Shown here one piece after another: positions 49,361-58,685 of a stretch of 64,000 bases of DNA. Position numbers and translations under genes: made by a program. Numbering within the stretch: position 1 is the stretch's first letter; every line of letters starts with the position of its first letter. The notes beneath the pieces are model-generated. The model was given only the letters and a program-made list of their open reading frames with translations, was not told the DNA's origin and made no database searches. Origin of the DNA: Bdellovibrionales bacterium (GTDB taxonomy: Bacteria; Bdellovibrionota; UBA1018; CAIMNF01); the NCBI GenBank assembly GCA_040380025.1, contig JBEIJY010000002.1:1-64000 (forward strand). The letters run 5' to 3'.

Positions 49361-50221
49361 ATGAAGATCAAAGCTTCCATTTCTTTGCTGATTTTTGCCC
49401 TCTGGCCCTGGGGTCTACCTCGAGCCGTGCCTCTTGCTCCGCCGAAGAGTCAAACGATTGAACAGGATCTTCTTCTTGCCCGTTCGCATCTTCAACAAGA
49501 ACGACGCGCGGATGCGCAAAAACTTCTCTCGGCACTTTTTGCCCACCGAAGGGATGAGCGAGTGAGCAGGCTTCTGGCCCATGCCGGAACCCTGTTCTTT
49601 CGTCAGGAGACTTCCGACCTTTATCAGGACGGACTCCGGCTTCTAATCGAGAGGAAGCTTCCCGAGGCACGGGAGCGGTTCGAGCAGGCGTTGAGCCGGG
49701 AGCCCGGACAGGTTCTGGTCATCACCAGACTGGTCCAACTCGATTTGCTGCAACAGCGCTGGGATTCAGCCGCCGCGCGGATCCGCGAGGTTCTTCCTTT
49801 TGCCCCCCAGTCCCAGGAACTCCGGTATTTTGCAATCCGGGTTCTTGCCGAGCTCGAGGAGCCGGGGCGCGAAACGCAAGCGGTAAGGGGCCTGCCTCCG
49901 GTCCGGCGGCCGTTTCCGGCAGAAGAGGTGCCCTTTGTTTTTGTGCTGGAATACCTGAAAAAAGCAGGAAAAACCGACGAGATCCGCGCAGCGCTCCGCG
50001 AGTTCCTGCCCTCCCGTCCGGAATGGATCCATGCCCGGGTGTGGGCCATGCTGAACGCGGGACTCGGTGCATCGGCAAACAAGACCCTGAAAAACGAAAT
50101 CGACCGCGGGTTGAAGAACCGCGATCGATTCGAAAAAATTCTCGAAAAAACGATGAAGCGAACCCAGTATCACTGGATCGGCCACTTCTCGTATGAGGGC
50201 CTAGTGAATCAGGTCCGATGA
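49361..50221 (+). CDS. Secreted TPR-like protein
   Basis: Signal-like N-terminus; EARERFEQALSREP TPR-like helix. Confidence 0.6.
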   Translation: MKIKASISLLIFALWPWGLPRAVPLAPPKSQTIEQDLLLARSHLQQERRADAQKLLSALFAHRRDERVSRLLAHAGTLFFRQETSDLYQDGLRLLIERKLPEARERFEQALSREPGQVLVITRLVQLDLLQQRWDSAAARIREVLPFAPQSQELRYFAIRVLAELEEPGRETQAVRGLPPVRRPFPAEEVPFVFVLEYLKKAGKTDEIRAALREFLPSRPEWIHARVWAMLNAGLGASANKTLKNEIDRGLKNRDRFEKILEKTMKRTQYHWIGHFSYEGLVNQVR

Positions 50222-50599
50222 AGGCGGGCGCGGGCCATTGACGCGGATCGAGCTGTTTTCCTTCTCGAAAATCTCTTGGCAATCGAGGCAAAGGGTCGCA
50301 TCCGGCCGGACGCGCAGGCGCTTCACCGGAATGTCGGCATCGCACTCGAGGCACACCCCGAAGGTTCCGGTCTCGATGCGCTGGAGGCAGAGTTCGATCC
50401 GCGAGAGTTCGGTCTTCCAGTGCGCGCTCATGCGCTCGCGCGTGAACCATTCGCCCTCGATGTCGGACCGGTCGATCACGTCTTTCATGCTCGACTCGTC
50501 TTCGGCGGGGTTCTGGTTGTTTTGCTGTTGAAGGTTCAGAATCATCTTTTTCTTTGCAAGAAGCTCGTTCTTCAACTGGGATACGGTTTTGGGGTTCAT
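50201..50599 (-). CDS. DksA/TraR family C4 zinc finger protein
   Basis: KDVID tip; FGVCLECDADIPVKRLRVRPDATLCLDC; TTGACT-N17-TACGCT promoter. Confidence 0.85.
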   Translation of the reverse strand: MNPKTVSQLKNELLAKKKMILNLQQQNNQNPAEDESSMKDVIDRSDIEGEWFTRERMSAHWKTELSRIELCLQRIETGTFGVCLECDADIPVKRLRVRPDATLCLDCQEIFEKENSSIRVNGPRPPSSDLIH

Positions 50600-50816
50600 G
50601 AAATCTCCATGGGAATTCAGAAGGCGCGAGCGTACGGGAATCGAAGGGCGAAGTCAACGAATCTCGCAAAAAACCTCGAAAAAACCGCTGAAAATTGCAA
50701 AAAAAGACTGCCGAAAAAACTCCGGTTTTCAATCAAAGGGCATGACCCGCGCTTGATGCTGGACAAAGACGATTCGCGGGCCTACCCTCCCTTCAAGAAA
50801 AAAGGAAGGGAACATC

Positions 50817-51455
50817 GTGGGGAGCCAAAAGATCTTCATCGCAGTCGCTGGAAACATCGGAACCGGAAAAACCACGCTCACCCGCATGTTGGCCGATCGC
50901 TTCAAGTGGGATGCCCACTTCGAGTCCGTCACCGACAATCCCTACTTGTCGGATTTTTATTCCGACATGAAACGCTGGAGCTTTCCGCTCCAGATTTATT
51001 TCATGACCCACCGGGTGCGTGCGCATCAGCGGATCACCGAGGGACTGGCATCGGCCATTCAAGACCGGACGATTTACGAAGATGCGAACATTTTCGCCCG
51101 GAACCTCTATGAGCAAAAACTCATGGAGGAGCGCGATTACCGCAATTATCTCGAAGTGTACCATGTGGTCACGGGCGCGTTGCCGCCTCCGATGCTGATG
51201 ATTTATCTGCGGAAGTCCTTGCCCCGCCTTCAGGAGCAAATCCGGAAACGGGGCCGTGACTACGAGCTCGACATGCCGACCGAGTATCTTTCGAACTTGA
51301 ACCGCTACTATGACGAGTGGATCGAAAGTTATCAGAACGGCAAAAAGCTCGTGATCGAAAGCGACGGGCTCGATTTTGTCGAGCGGCCCGCCGACTTCGA
51401 CTTGATCTGCCGCAAGGTCATTGACTCGTTGGACCAGCAGGATTTGTTCCTCTAG
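50817..51455 (+). CDS. Deoxynucleoside kinase
   Basis: GNIGTGKTT, NPYL.DFY, QDRTIYED, IRKRGRDYE. Confidence 0.9.
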   Translation: MGSQKIFIAVAGNIGTGKTTLTRMLADRFKWDAHFESVTDNPYLSDFYSDMKRWSFPLQIYFMTHRVRAHQRITEGLASAIQDRTIYEDANIFARNLYEQKLMEERDYRNYLEVYHVVTGALPPPMLMIYLRKSLPRLQEQIRKRGRDYELDMPTEYLSNLNRYYDEWIESYQNGKKLVIESDGLDFVERPADFDLICRKVIDSLDQQDLFL

Positions 51456-51477
51456 GGCGAACGCCAATTTTTTTTTC

Positions 51478-51505
51478 TCAAGAAAGCTCGGGCTTCTTCC
51501 GATGA
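51478..51505 (+). promoter_or_regulatory. sigma28 (FliA)-like promoter
   Basis: TCAAG-N15-TCCGATGA, followed by GGAGG RBS. Confidence 0.45.
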
Positions 51506-51524
51506 ACCGGATGGAGGCCATAAA

Positions 51525-52361
51525 ATGAGCTGCTTAAAAAAATCGAGCCTGGCGCGGCCATGGGTTGCGTTGGCGATGTTTTTGTTGATTCAGGGTTGTT
51601 CCTCCTCTCAGGTTGAGGAGTCTGCCGATCCTTCGGCCGAAGCACCGGCCGAGGAGGCCGCGATCGAAGGTTCCGGAGAAGCCGCGACCGATGCAGTTCC
51701 TCCGGCAGATCCAGCATCCGATCCGGCGGCCCAGGAACCCGCTCCAGATGCTTTGGCCGCCAGCGAAGTGCCGCCCCCTCCACCGCCAGAAGAGACCCCC
51801 GCGGAAGCGCCAGTGGAAGTTGCCCAACCCGAGACTCCGATCGAAGAGGCTGCTCCGGTTGCGGATGCCGCTCCTGCGGCTCCGGTTTCGGGCGAGTTGA
51901 CCTCGTATCGTGTGCGGCGCGGCGATACTCTGATGAAGATTTCTTTCGAGAAGTTCGGCGATGTGTATCGCTGGAGGGAGATTCTCGACGCAAACCAAGA
52001 CAAGCTTCGAGGCGCCTCGGAACTCACCCCTGGAACCGAGCTTTTGCTCCCTGGTGTGGAGATGGTCACCATCGTCCGGAATGGAGAAGAGTACCTGATC
52101 AAAAAAGGCGACACTTTGGGTCTGATCTCGAACGAAGTCTACGGAACCCCTGCTAAGTGGAAGAAGCTCTGGAAGAACAACCGTCAACTGATCAAGAACC
52201 CGAACCGGATCTACGCCGGATTCAGCCTCTACTACATTCCCGAGGCGCGAATTTCGGGCGAGGAGCAAGGAGAAGATTCATCCGCTTCTGTGCAATCGCT
52301 CCCATTTAAGGGATCGGAGCCGCCTGCGGAGTCCGCCCGAGCGCCCGCATCGACGAAATAA
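51525..52361 (+). CDS. LysM-domain lipoprotein (2 LysM)
   Basis: IQGC lipobox; acidic Pro/Ala linker; YRVRRGDTL and YLIKKGDTL. Confidence 0.85.
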   Translation: MSCLKKSSLARPWVALAMFLLIQGCSSSQVEESADPSAEAPAEEAAIEGSGEAATDAVPPADPASDPAAQEPAPDALAASEVPPPPPPEETPAEAPVEVAQPETPIEEAAPVADAAPAAPVSGELTSYRVRRGDTLMKISFEKFGDVYRWREILDANQDKLRGASELTPGTELLLPGVEMVTIVRNGEEYLIKKGDTLGLISNEVYGTPAKWKKLWKNNRQLIKNPNRIYAGFSLYYIPEARISGEEQGEDSSASVQSLPFKGSEPPAESARAPASTK

Positions 52362-52407
52362 TTCCTCTTGGATTCAAGGGTGGAACCTTGTTAGCCTTGA
52401 CCCACCT

Positions 52408-52938
52408 ATGCAGAATCTCAAGGATCGTAACTTCAATCCGGATACCGTTCCGGGCGAATACAACGTGGTTGAACTGTGGGCGAAGTTCCGCGCCGAGCGA
52501 CTCAAAGCCGGCGTTCTTGCCGGCATCTTTGCCGGCGTCATGATGCAGATTTTCGGAATGGTGTACTGCCTGGTCAAAGGGCAGGACATCACCAAACCCA
52601 TGCGGATTTCGGCCCTTCCCATTTTGGGGAATGCAGCCCTCCAGTTCGGCAATTCCAGCGGCATTGTGGTCGGCCTGATCATGTTCTTTCTCCTCGCGGT
52701 GGTTCTGGGAACAACCTACGCCCATTTCACCGGAACGAACCACAAGTGGAACCGCTTCGGCGTCGGCCTGACTTGGGGTGCGTATTCGTGGATTTTCATC
52801 ACTTGTCTGTTCTCGCCGGCGTTCCGCGCTTATGAAGAGGCGCAGATCCCCCGCGCGCCGATGTTTTTTGCCTGGCTCGTGTTCGGGATCTCGCTCATGA
52901 GCGTCGCCTGGTTCGACAAGAAGGGCCCTGCCCGCTGA
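52408..52938 (+). CDS. Hypothetical 4-TM membrane protein
   Basis: Four hydrophobic segments; coding-like codon usage. Confidence 0.65.
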   Translation: MQNLKDRNFNPDTVPGEYNVVELWAKFRAERLKAGVLAGIFAGVMMQIFGMVYCLVKGQDITKPMRISALPILGNAALQFGNSSGIVVGLIMFFLLAVVLGTTYAHFTGTNHKWNRFGVGLTWGAYSWIFITCLFSPAFRAYEEAQIPRAPMFFAWLVFGISLMSVAWFDKKGPAR

Positions 52939-52959
52939 TCCGGGCCGGGGTGTTCCAGC

Positions 52960-53745
52960 ATGCATTCGAAAAAAAAAGTAGTTTGTGTTCTCCCGGCCTA
53001 CAACGCGCAAAAAACGCTCGAGAGGACGCTCTCTGCCGTTCCTGCGGGTGTGGTCGATCTGTTCATTCTGGTCGATGATTGCTCGCGGGACGAAACCATC
53101 CGCGAGGCGGAGCGGCTCTCCGGGCGATTCCCCCTTCGTGTCGTGGCCCATCAGATCAATCGTGGATACGGCGGGAATCAAAAAACCTGCTATCGCGAGG
53201 CCCTGGAGGCCGGTGCGGACATCGTGGTCATGCTCCATCCCGATTACCAGTACGAGCCGAAACTGCTCCCTGCTCTGGTGACACTGGTTTCTTCGGATGT
53301 TTACGATGTGGCCTTGGGATCCCGGATTCTCGGGGGGCACGCCCTGAAAGGCGGAATGCCCCTGTACAAATACATTTCGAACCGGTTTTTGACCGGTTTC
53401 GAGAATCTCCTGATCGGTCAGAAGCTCTCTGAATACCACACCGGCTACCGTGCATTCTCGAGGAAGGTGCTCGAGACCTTGAACCTCGAATCAAACAGCG
53501 ATGATTTCGTGTTCGACAACGAGATGCTCGTTCAGGCCCATGTGGCCGGATTTTTGATCGGGGAGATTTCGGTTCCGACGCGTTATTTTGAAGAGGCAAG
53601 CTCGATCAGTTTTCGAAGAAGCGTGGTGTATGGTCTCGGGGTGCTCCGTTGCTCCGTCGAGGGACTTTTCGCCCGCCTCAAGATTCGCTTGCATCCCCGG
53701 TTTTTGCCGCTCTCTCCAGGGTTAGGGTCAAAATCATCAGGCTGA
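52960..53745 (+). CDS. GT2 glycosyltransferase (polyprenol-phosphate sugar synthase-like)
   Basis: [35 protein letters not shown]. Confidence 0.88.
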   Translation: MHSKKKVVCVLPAYNAQKTLERTLSAVPAGVVDLFILVDDCSRDETIREAERLSGRFPLRVVAHQINRGYGGNQKTCYREALEAGADIVVMLHPDYQYEPKLLPALVTLVSSDVYDVALGSRILGGHALKGGMPLYKYISNRFLTGFENLLIGQKLSEYHTGYRAFSRKVLETLNLESNSDDFVFDNEMLVQAHVAGFLIGEISVPTRYFEEASSISFRRSVVYGLGVLRCSVEGLFARLKIRLHPRFLPLSPGLGSKSSG

Positions 53746-54973
53746 CCCAGAGCAGATAGTAATTCGCGAAACCGAATTTTCCGAACACCACCGAGAACCC
53801 GAACGCGATCGACCAGGCTTCCGGGAGGGTACGCAGTCCTGCCCGCCGGGAGTTTCGAATCAGATGCGTCACCGCCAGTCCGAATCCGACCAGGGTCATG
53901 ATTCCTTGGGCCCGTCCCGAAAACTCTCCGCCCGCAACGGCAATCCACCAAGCAGTGAAGGTTAGGGCATCGAGGCGTACAGCCGCTTCGAGGTGGCTTT
54001 TCACCGTCATGTCAAAGAACGCATGAAAATCCCAAAGCAGAAACGGAGCCATCAGGAGCCCGAAGAGGACTGCCGAGAGGAGGGCGACCCGGAAGGCAGG
54101 GCCTTTTTTGGGTTCTGACACAAAAAGATAAAGCAGGGCGAAGGCCCCGAACATCCCGCCGAACTGCTTTGCCGATGCTGCAAGAGCAATAGCGAGGGCG
54201 CTGATCCACCAGTTCCGGTTCAGCAACCCGAAGATCAGGACAGAGACGCTGAAAGAGAGAATAGGGTCGATCCAGGCCCATTTCAGGCAGAAATTCAAAA
54301 AGGGGAGGAACCACCAGACGGTCTTGAGCGACAGGTCCTGGGCGGAGGATTCTGTCTTGGGAAAGAAAAACGGTGCCGCCCACCAAAGTACGGCCAGGAT
54401 CACTCGGATGTCGCCGAAGAGAAGACGCGACAATCCCTCGAGGTAAAGAGTCGTCGGCCAGTACAAAAAGCCCGGGCGATATCCGCGGCCCCCGCTCAGC
54501 TCTTGGGGATAGGGCTGGGTGTACGGGTTCACCCCGCGAAAAAAATGATCCAGTCCCATGTTGTTCGCGATGAATACATCGATTCCGGGGGTGGACTCTG
54601 AAGCCAGCGAGGCCAGATAATAAATCATCGCCCCCGCGGCGAGGAGGATCGTTTTCCTCCGGACACTGAGTCCGCGAATCCAGTACGGAGCAAGGGTGAG
54701 GGGATAAAAAATCCGGAACAGATGGGGACTGGAGGAGAGGGAGGGGATGCCCGAGCTGATCCCGGGCTTGATGATCATGCACACGAGGTTGATCCAGTGC
54801 GAGGATCGGTGGAAAAATCGAAGAGAGCGCTCCGAAGAGGGCTCCGCCCGAAAAACACGGCTCAGGCTCCAGAACAAAAGAAACACGGTGAGAATCGGGA
54901 TCAAATGCGTATTCAGCAATCCATGGGCGATGTGATTCGTGAGAATCAAGAACTGGGTGAACAGGGGATTCAT
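53678..54973 (-). CDS. Membrane GT-C-like glycosyltransferase (GT87-like)
   Basis: IDV...G.NPY, FLYWP, WIDP, AKQF, APFLLWD; multi-TM. Confidence 0.65.
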   Translation of the reverse strand: MNPLFTQFLILTNHIAHGLLNTHLIPILTVFLLFWSLSRVFRAEPSSERSLRFFHRSSHWINLVCMIIKPGISSGIPSLSSSPHLFRIFYPLTLAPYWIRGLSVRRKTILLAAGAMIYYLASLASESTPGIDVFIANNMGLDHFFRGVNPYTQPYPQELSGGRGYRPGFLYWPTTLYLEGLSRLLFGDIRVILAVLWWAAPFFFPKTESSAQDLSLKTVWWFLPFLNFCLKWAWIDPILSFSVSVLIFGLLNRNWWISALAIALAASAKQFGGMFGAFALLYLFVSEPKKGPAFRVALLSAVLFGLLMAPFLLWDFHAFFDMTVKSHLEAAVRLDALTFTAWWIAVAGGEFSGRAQGIMTLVGFGLAVTHLIRNSRRAGLRTLPEAWSIAFGFSVVFGKFGFANYYLLWVSLMILTLTLERAAKTGDASES

Positions 54974-55129
54974 GATGGGGAGCCTACCATAAGCGATCCT
55001 GATTCTCAGATTTCTGCCCGAACCGAAAATAAATCTAGAAACAATTGACTCACCGTGGTATTGCCTTCCGTCTTGATTCTTAATGAGAGGTCATTAGGTT
55101 AACTTAGGCGAAGGCCGGAAGTGCGGGAG

Positions 55130-55687
55130 ATGTTCGTGATGAAAATGGTTTTGGTGGCGATGACAGTGTCGATGATGGCGGGTGTGCAGGCGTTTGCCCA
55201 GAACATCCCGGCCGAAGAGGTGGGAACCGAGTTCGTTTTTGAGGTCACACGGGCCATTCCGACCCAAGGAAACAAGCAAATCCATTTCATCGACGGGGGT
55301 CTCCATTATCAGGGTTCTGTGGTCTCCACCTCCTGCACCATCCACTTCGGAGATGCTGCCGTGGTGCCCGAGTCGATTCCCGCAGGAACCAGGCTCTACC
55401 TGACCGAGCAAGGCCGGGTGGTGAACGAGACGAGAACCCGCGAGATCCAATACTCGAATCGCAATGGAACCCCGAACACCTACACCGTTCAGGAACACGA
55501 GTCCTACAACCAGTGGAATGTCGTCGGATTCGAAGGCGTGGAACGCATTACCTGCTCCCCCGGCTCCGGACTTTCGTTCAAGAACTGGTTCCGCTTTGAC
55601 GGATCCCCGAATCTTGGAATTTATTTGAACAACATCCGCTACCAGTTCGGCGGGTTCCTGAGCCTCTTCAAGCACTGCGCGAACTGA
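55130..55687 (+). CDS. Hypothetical secreted protein
   Basis: Signal peptide ending AFA; no recognisable motif; start uncertain (55121/55130/55139). Confidence 0.65.
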   Translation: MFVMKMVLVAMTVSMMAGVQAFAQNIPAEEVGTEFVFEVTRAIPTQGNKQIHFIDGGLHYQGSVVSTSCTIHFGDAAVVPESIPAGTRLYLTEQGRVVNETRTREIQYSNRNGTPNTYTVQEHESYNQWNVVGFEGVERITCSPGSGLSFKNWFRFDGSPNLGIYLNNIRYQFGGFLSLFKHCAN

Positions 55688-55695
55688 GGGGAGCC

Positions 55696-56163
55696 CTACC
55701 CCCGCGCTTTCGTGATGATTCCGGTGGTACTCCGGCCTTCGAGGAAAGGAAGCACTCGGACTTTTCCGCCCCGCCGTTTCACCTCGTCGTAGCCGACGAT
55801 GCTTCGAACCTCATAATCGCCGCCCTTCACGAGCACGTCGGGCTTCAGCTGCTGAATGATCGAAAGTGGCGTGTCCTCGTCAAACCAGGTCACAAAGCTG
55901 ACTGACTCGAGCGCTGCGATCACGCGCGCGCGGTCTTCGAGCGGATTGATGGGGCGGGTCGGACCCTTGAGTCTTGAGGTCGAGGCATCGGTGTTCAACG
56001 CCACCACCAACAGGTCTCCGAGCTTTTTTGCGCGTTCCAGATACGTCACATGCCCTGCATGGAGGATGTCAAAGCATCCGTTCGTGAACACGACTTTCTT
56101 TTTCTTCCGGTTCTTCAACGCAGCGGCGAGTCTCGCCGGGCTCAGGATCTTTGCGCGGATCAT
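55696..56163 (-). CDS. rfaE2: D-glycero-beta-D-manno-heptose 1-phosphate adenylyltransferase
   Basis: [40 protein letters not shown]. Confidence 0.92.
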   Translation of the reverse strand: MIRAKILSPARLAAALKNRKKKKVVFTNGCFDILHAGHVTYLERAKKLGDLLVVALNTDASTSRLKGPTRPINPLEDRARVIAALESVSFVTWFDEDTPLSIIQQLKPDVLVKGGDYEVRSIVGYDEVKRRGGKVRVLPFLEGRSTTGIITKARG

Positions 56164-56846
56164 GCCTGTTCAGGGCTCTTCAGTTGGAGTTTTCCGAACG
56201 CGTCCTGGGGCCGGTAATGAAGCCCGAGCCCGCCCGCAAGAATTCCGAGCAGGAACACGGCGGAGCGCAGGAACAGCGAGCGATGGTTGCGTTGGAACTC
56301 GAGGCCGAAAAAGGATTTTCCGAGGGAGTTCTCGAAGAGCACTTCCTGGAGGGCCACGAAGATCCACTGCGAAACCACAAAGAATGCGATGAATTGACCG
56401 GCGTTCTCGCGTACGAGTTCGCCATCGAGCTGAAAATCAAAAAAGAAGAGCGCCGCAAGATTCGTCCCGATCCAGAACCCGGCGTGCAGAACGGTGTCGA
56501 GCAGGTACGCAAAAAATCGCGTTCTCACGGGGGCTTCGACCGAGACCGGTTCTTTCGTCTTGGCCGCGGCGGGAGTCGGTGTCACGATTCGCGGCTGCTC
56601 TTGTTGTTGAAGCTGGCGTGCGGTCTTCATGCCGGAACGGGGCAGGGGCGCGGTGGAGGTCTGAAACCGCGGTCTTCCGGCGGCAACCGCCCCTGTCCCC
56701 GTGCCACCGGTCCCTGCGGCAGCGGCCCCCGTGGTGGCGGGAGCGGCTTTCGCCTTGCTCTCGGGCGCATAGGGAAGTCCGTCCGAAAACGGATGGAAAC
56801 CCATGCCTTCGTGAAGCGGTTTGAACTGGATTTTATTTTTTTCCAT
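56160..56846 (-). CDS. RDD-domain membrane protein
   Basis: [18 protein letters not shown]-terminal [13 protein letters not shown]. Confidence 0.7.
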   Translation of the reverse strand: MEKNKIQFKPLHEGMGFHPFSDGLPYAPESKAKAAPATTGAAAAGTGGTGTGAVAAGRPRFQTSTAPLPRSGMKTARQLQQQEQPRIVTPTPAAAKTKEPVSVEAPVRTRFFAYLLDTVLHAGFWIGTNLAALFFFDFQLDGELVRENAGQFIAFFVVSQWIFVALQEVLFENSLGKSFFGLEFQRNHRSLFLRSAVFLLGILAGGLGLHYRPQDAFGKLQLKSPEQA

Positions 56847-57600
56847 GGTGACCTCCGACCAACAGGGAAACCCCGAAGAGTGCCGCGGTTTCTGCTCTCA
56901 GAATCAACGAGCCCAGATGTGCTCTCGTTATCGCTTTCTTTCCGGACCCCGTCAAATGCAAAAGCCTGCCGCGCTCGGCGGGACTCAGGCCGCCCTCGGG
57001 GCCGATCAAGAGCGACGTTCCGGCCGAAAAAGAGGCGGAATCCATGAGCGAAGCAAGATGCGATTCGCGAGTGCCGTCGCGAGCAAGGGTCTCATCGAGC
57101 CAGAACATCGGGGTGGGATCGAGGAGCAGCTGCTCGAACGAGACCGGTTCGGCGATTTCCATCCGGTCGAGGCGTCCGCATTGTTTCAGCGCCTGATCGG
57201 CGATTCTCTGCCAGCGTTCCCGAAACGCATCGGCCCCTTTTTTGTGGATCTTCACCACGGTGAATTCCGTTTCGACCGGCACCAAAGAGCGCACTCCGAG
57301 TTCGACCGCTTTTTCGATCACCCACTCCATCGCATCGCCCTTCAGAATCGCAAGATGAAGTCGAATCGGAAGCGAACAGCGGGCGGGATCGGTGGCGGGT
57401 TCTTCGGTCAGCTCGCCGAATACTTTTTTATCGCGCATCAAGAGGCGCGCATTCGCCCGGAATCCCATTCCGTCCAGAAGCTCGATCTCGTCTCCGGGTC
57501 CGAGCCGCATGACCGAAACCAGATGACGTGCCTCGGACTCGGGGATTTCGACGGGTTTGGAGCGGGAGGTCTTGAGGGAATCGCAAAGCGCGCGGCGCAT
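56833..57600 (-). CDS. rsmE: 16S rRNA m3U1498 methyltransferase
   Basis: HLVSVMRL, EKAVELGV, ALKQCGR, IGPEGG, ILRAETA. Confidence 0.93.
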   Translation of the reverse strand: MRRALCDSLKTSRSKPVEIPESEARHLVSVMRLGPGDEIELLDGMGFRANARLLMRDKKVFGELTEEPATDPARCSLPIRLHLAILKGDAMEWVIEKAVELGVRSLVPVETEFTVVKIHKKGADAFRERWQRIADQALKQCGRLDRMEIAEPVSFEQLLLDPTPMFWLDETLARDGTRESHLASLMDSASFSAGTSLLIGPEGGLSPAERGRLLHLTGSGKKAITRAHLGSLILRAETAALFGVSLLVGGHHGKK

Positions 57601-57604
57601 GGAT

Positions 57605-58678
57605 CTAAAATAATTGAAGCGAGGCCAAAAAGCGAAAAGAATCATCGAGCGGGATCTCACGGATGGAATCGAAACGGATGCGCTTGGACAAAAAGAGCCC
57701 GTGACGCCAGGTGAACAGGGGGATCACCGGAAGGTCCGGCGAGAGAAAGGGCGCCACCTCGGGCCAAGGGGCGCCCGGGTTTTGGAGCAAGAGGGCGTCG
57801 AGCATCGGATTCGAATAGCCGGTGTAGTTGCGCTTTCCTGCGGTGATGAAGTGCTCGCCCACCGGGTCAGCGGCGGAGCGGCGAAGAATGCGCGAGCCGA
57901 AGAGCTCGAACTCGCCCGACTGGAGGCGGCTGAAAAAGAGCGAGCTCTCGAGGGGCATGACTTCGACCTGAATGCCGATCTGCCGGAGCGCCTCGCGGGT
58001 CAGAAGAGCAAGCTCATTCCCCTCGCGCACCGGAGTGGTGAGGTATCGAAGGCGAAAGCGAATGCCGTCTTCGTCGCGCGGAATTCCGGCCTGATCGAGC
58101 ATCCGGTTTGCAAGGGCCGGATCGAAACGGGGGAGCGCATGCGGAGGTGTCGGCGGGACCGCATCGACGAACCCGAAGTATTTTTGCGAAGCCCACTCCG
58201 AAACCGGAAGGGCCAGCCGGATCGCCTCGCGCACCTCGCGCTTTTGCAAGAGCGGGTGCTTCAGCCGGAAGCCCAAAAAGGAAAGATGGAATCCCTCGGG
58301 GCTTGCGAGCGGGGATCCTTCCTCGGCGAAGAGGCGGGTTTTCGAGAGCGAGAGCGTGTCGAAGAGCACATCGGCTTGATTCCGGCGAAATCGCACCCCG
58401 CGGGTGAGGTCGTCTTTCACGACCACGAAACGAAGGCGCGGGCGCCCGGGCGAAGGGGGAAGAAGCACGAAGTCCTCGAGATCGGGCGCTTGCGCGGAGG
58501 CGGCCGTGTAGCCGAACTCAGTCAGAAGCGGCAGGATCTTTCGCGCCATCACGTCAGGATTTTGACCCGGAACGAGCGTGTTCGGGGGGCGATCGATCAG
58601 TATGCGAATCTCGTTTTCGGGGGTATTCTGAAAGAGGAGCGAAACTCCGATGAACACGCCGAAGAACGCAAGAATCAT
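57605..58678 (-). CDS. ABC transporter substrate-binding protein, family 5 (shortened)
   Basis: FLGF....P.L....VREAI, FDPALA..ML..AG, LRQIGI, NYTGYSNP, LPVIPL. Confidence 0.7.
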   Translation of the reverse strand: MILAFFGVFIGVSLLFQNTPENEIRILIDRPPNTLVPGQNPDVMARKILPLLTEFGYTAASAQAPDLEDFVLLPPSPGRPRLRFVVVKDDLTRGVRFRRNQADVLFDTLSLSKTRLFAEEGSPLASPEGFHLSFLGFRLKHPLLQKREVREAIRLALPVSEWASQKYFGFVDAVPPTPPHALPRFDPALANRMLDQAGIPRDEDGIRFRLRYLTTPVREGNELALLTREALRQIGIQVEVMPLESSLFFSRLQSGEFELFGSRILRRSAADPVGEHFITAGKRNYTGYSNPMLDALLLQNPGAPWPEVAPFLSPDLPVIPLFTWRHGLFLSKRIRFDSIREIPLDDSFRFLASLQLF

Positions 58679-58685
58679 CCCGGTC

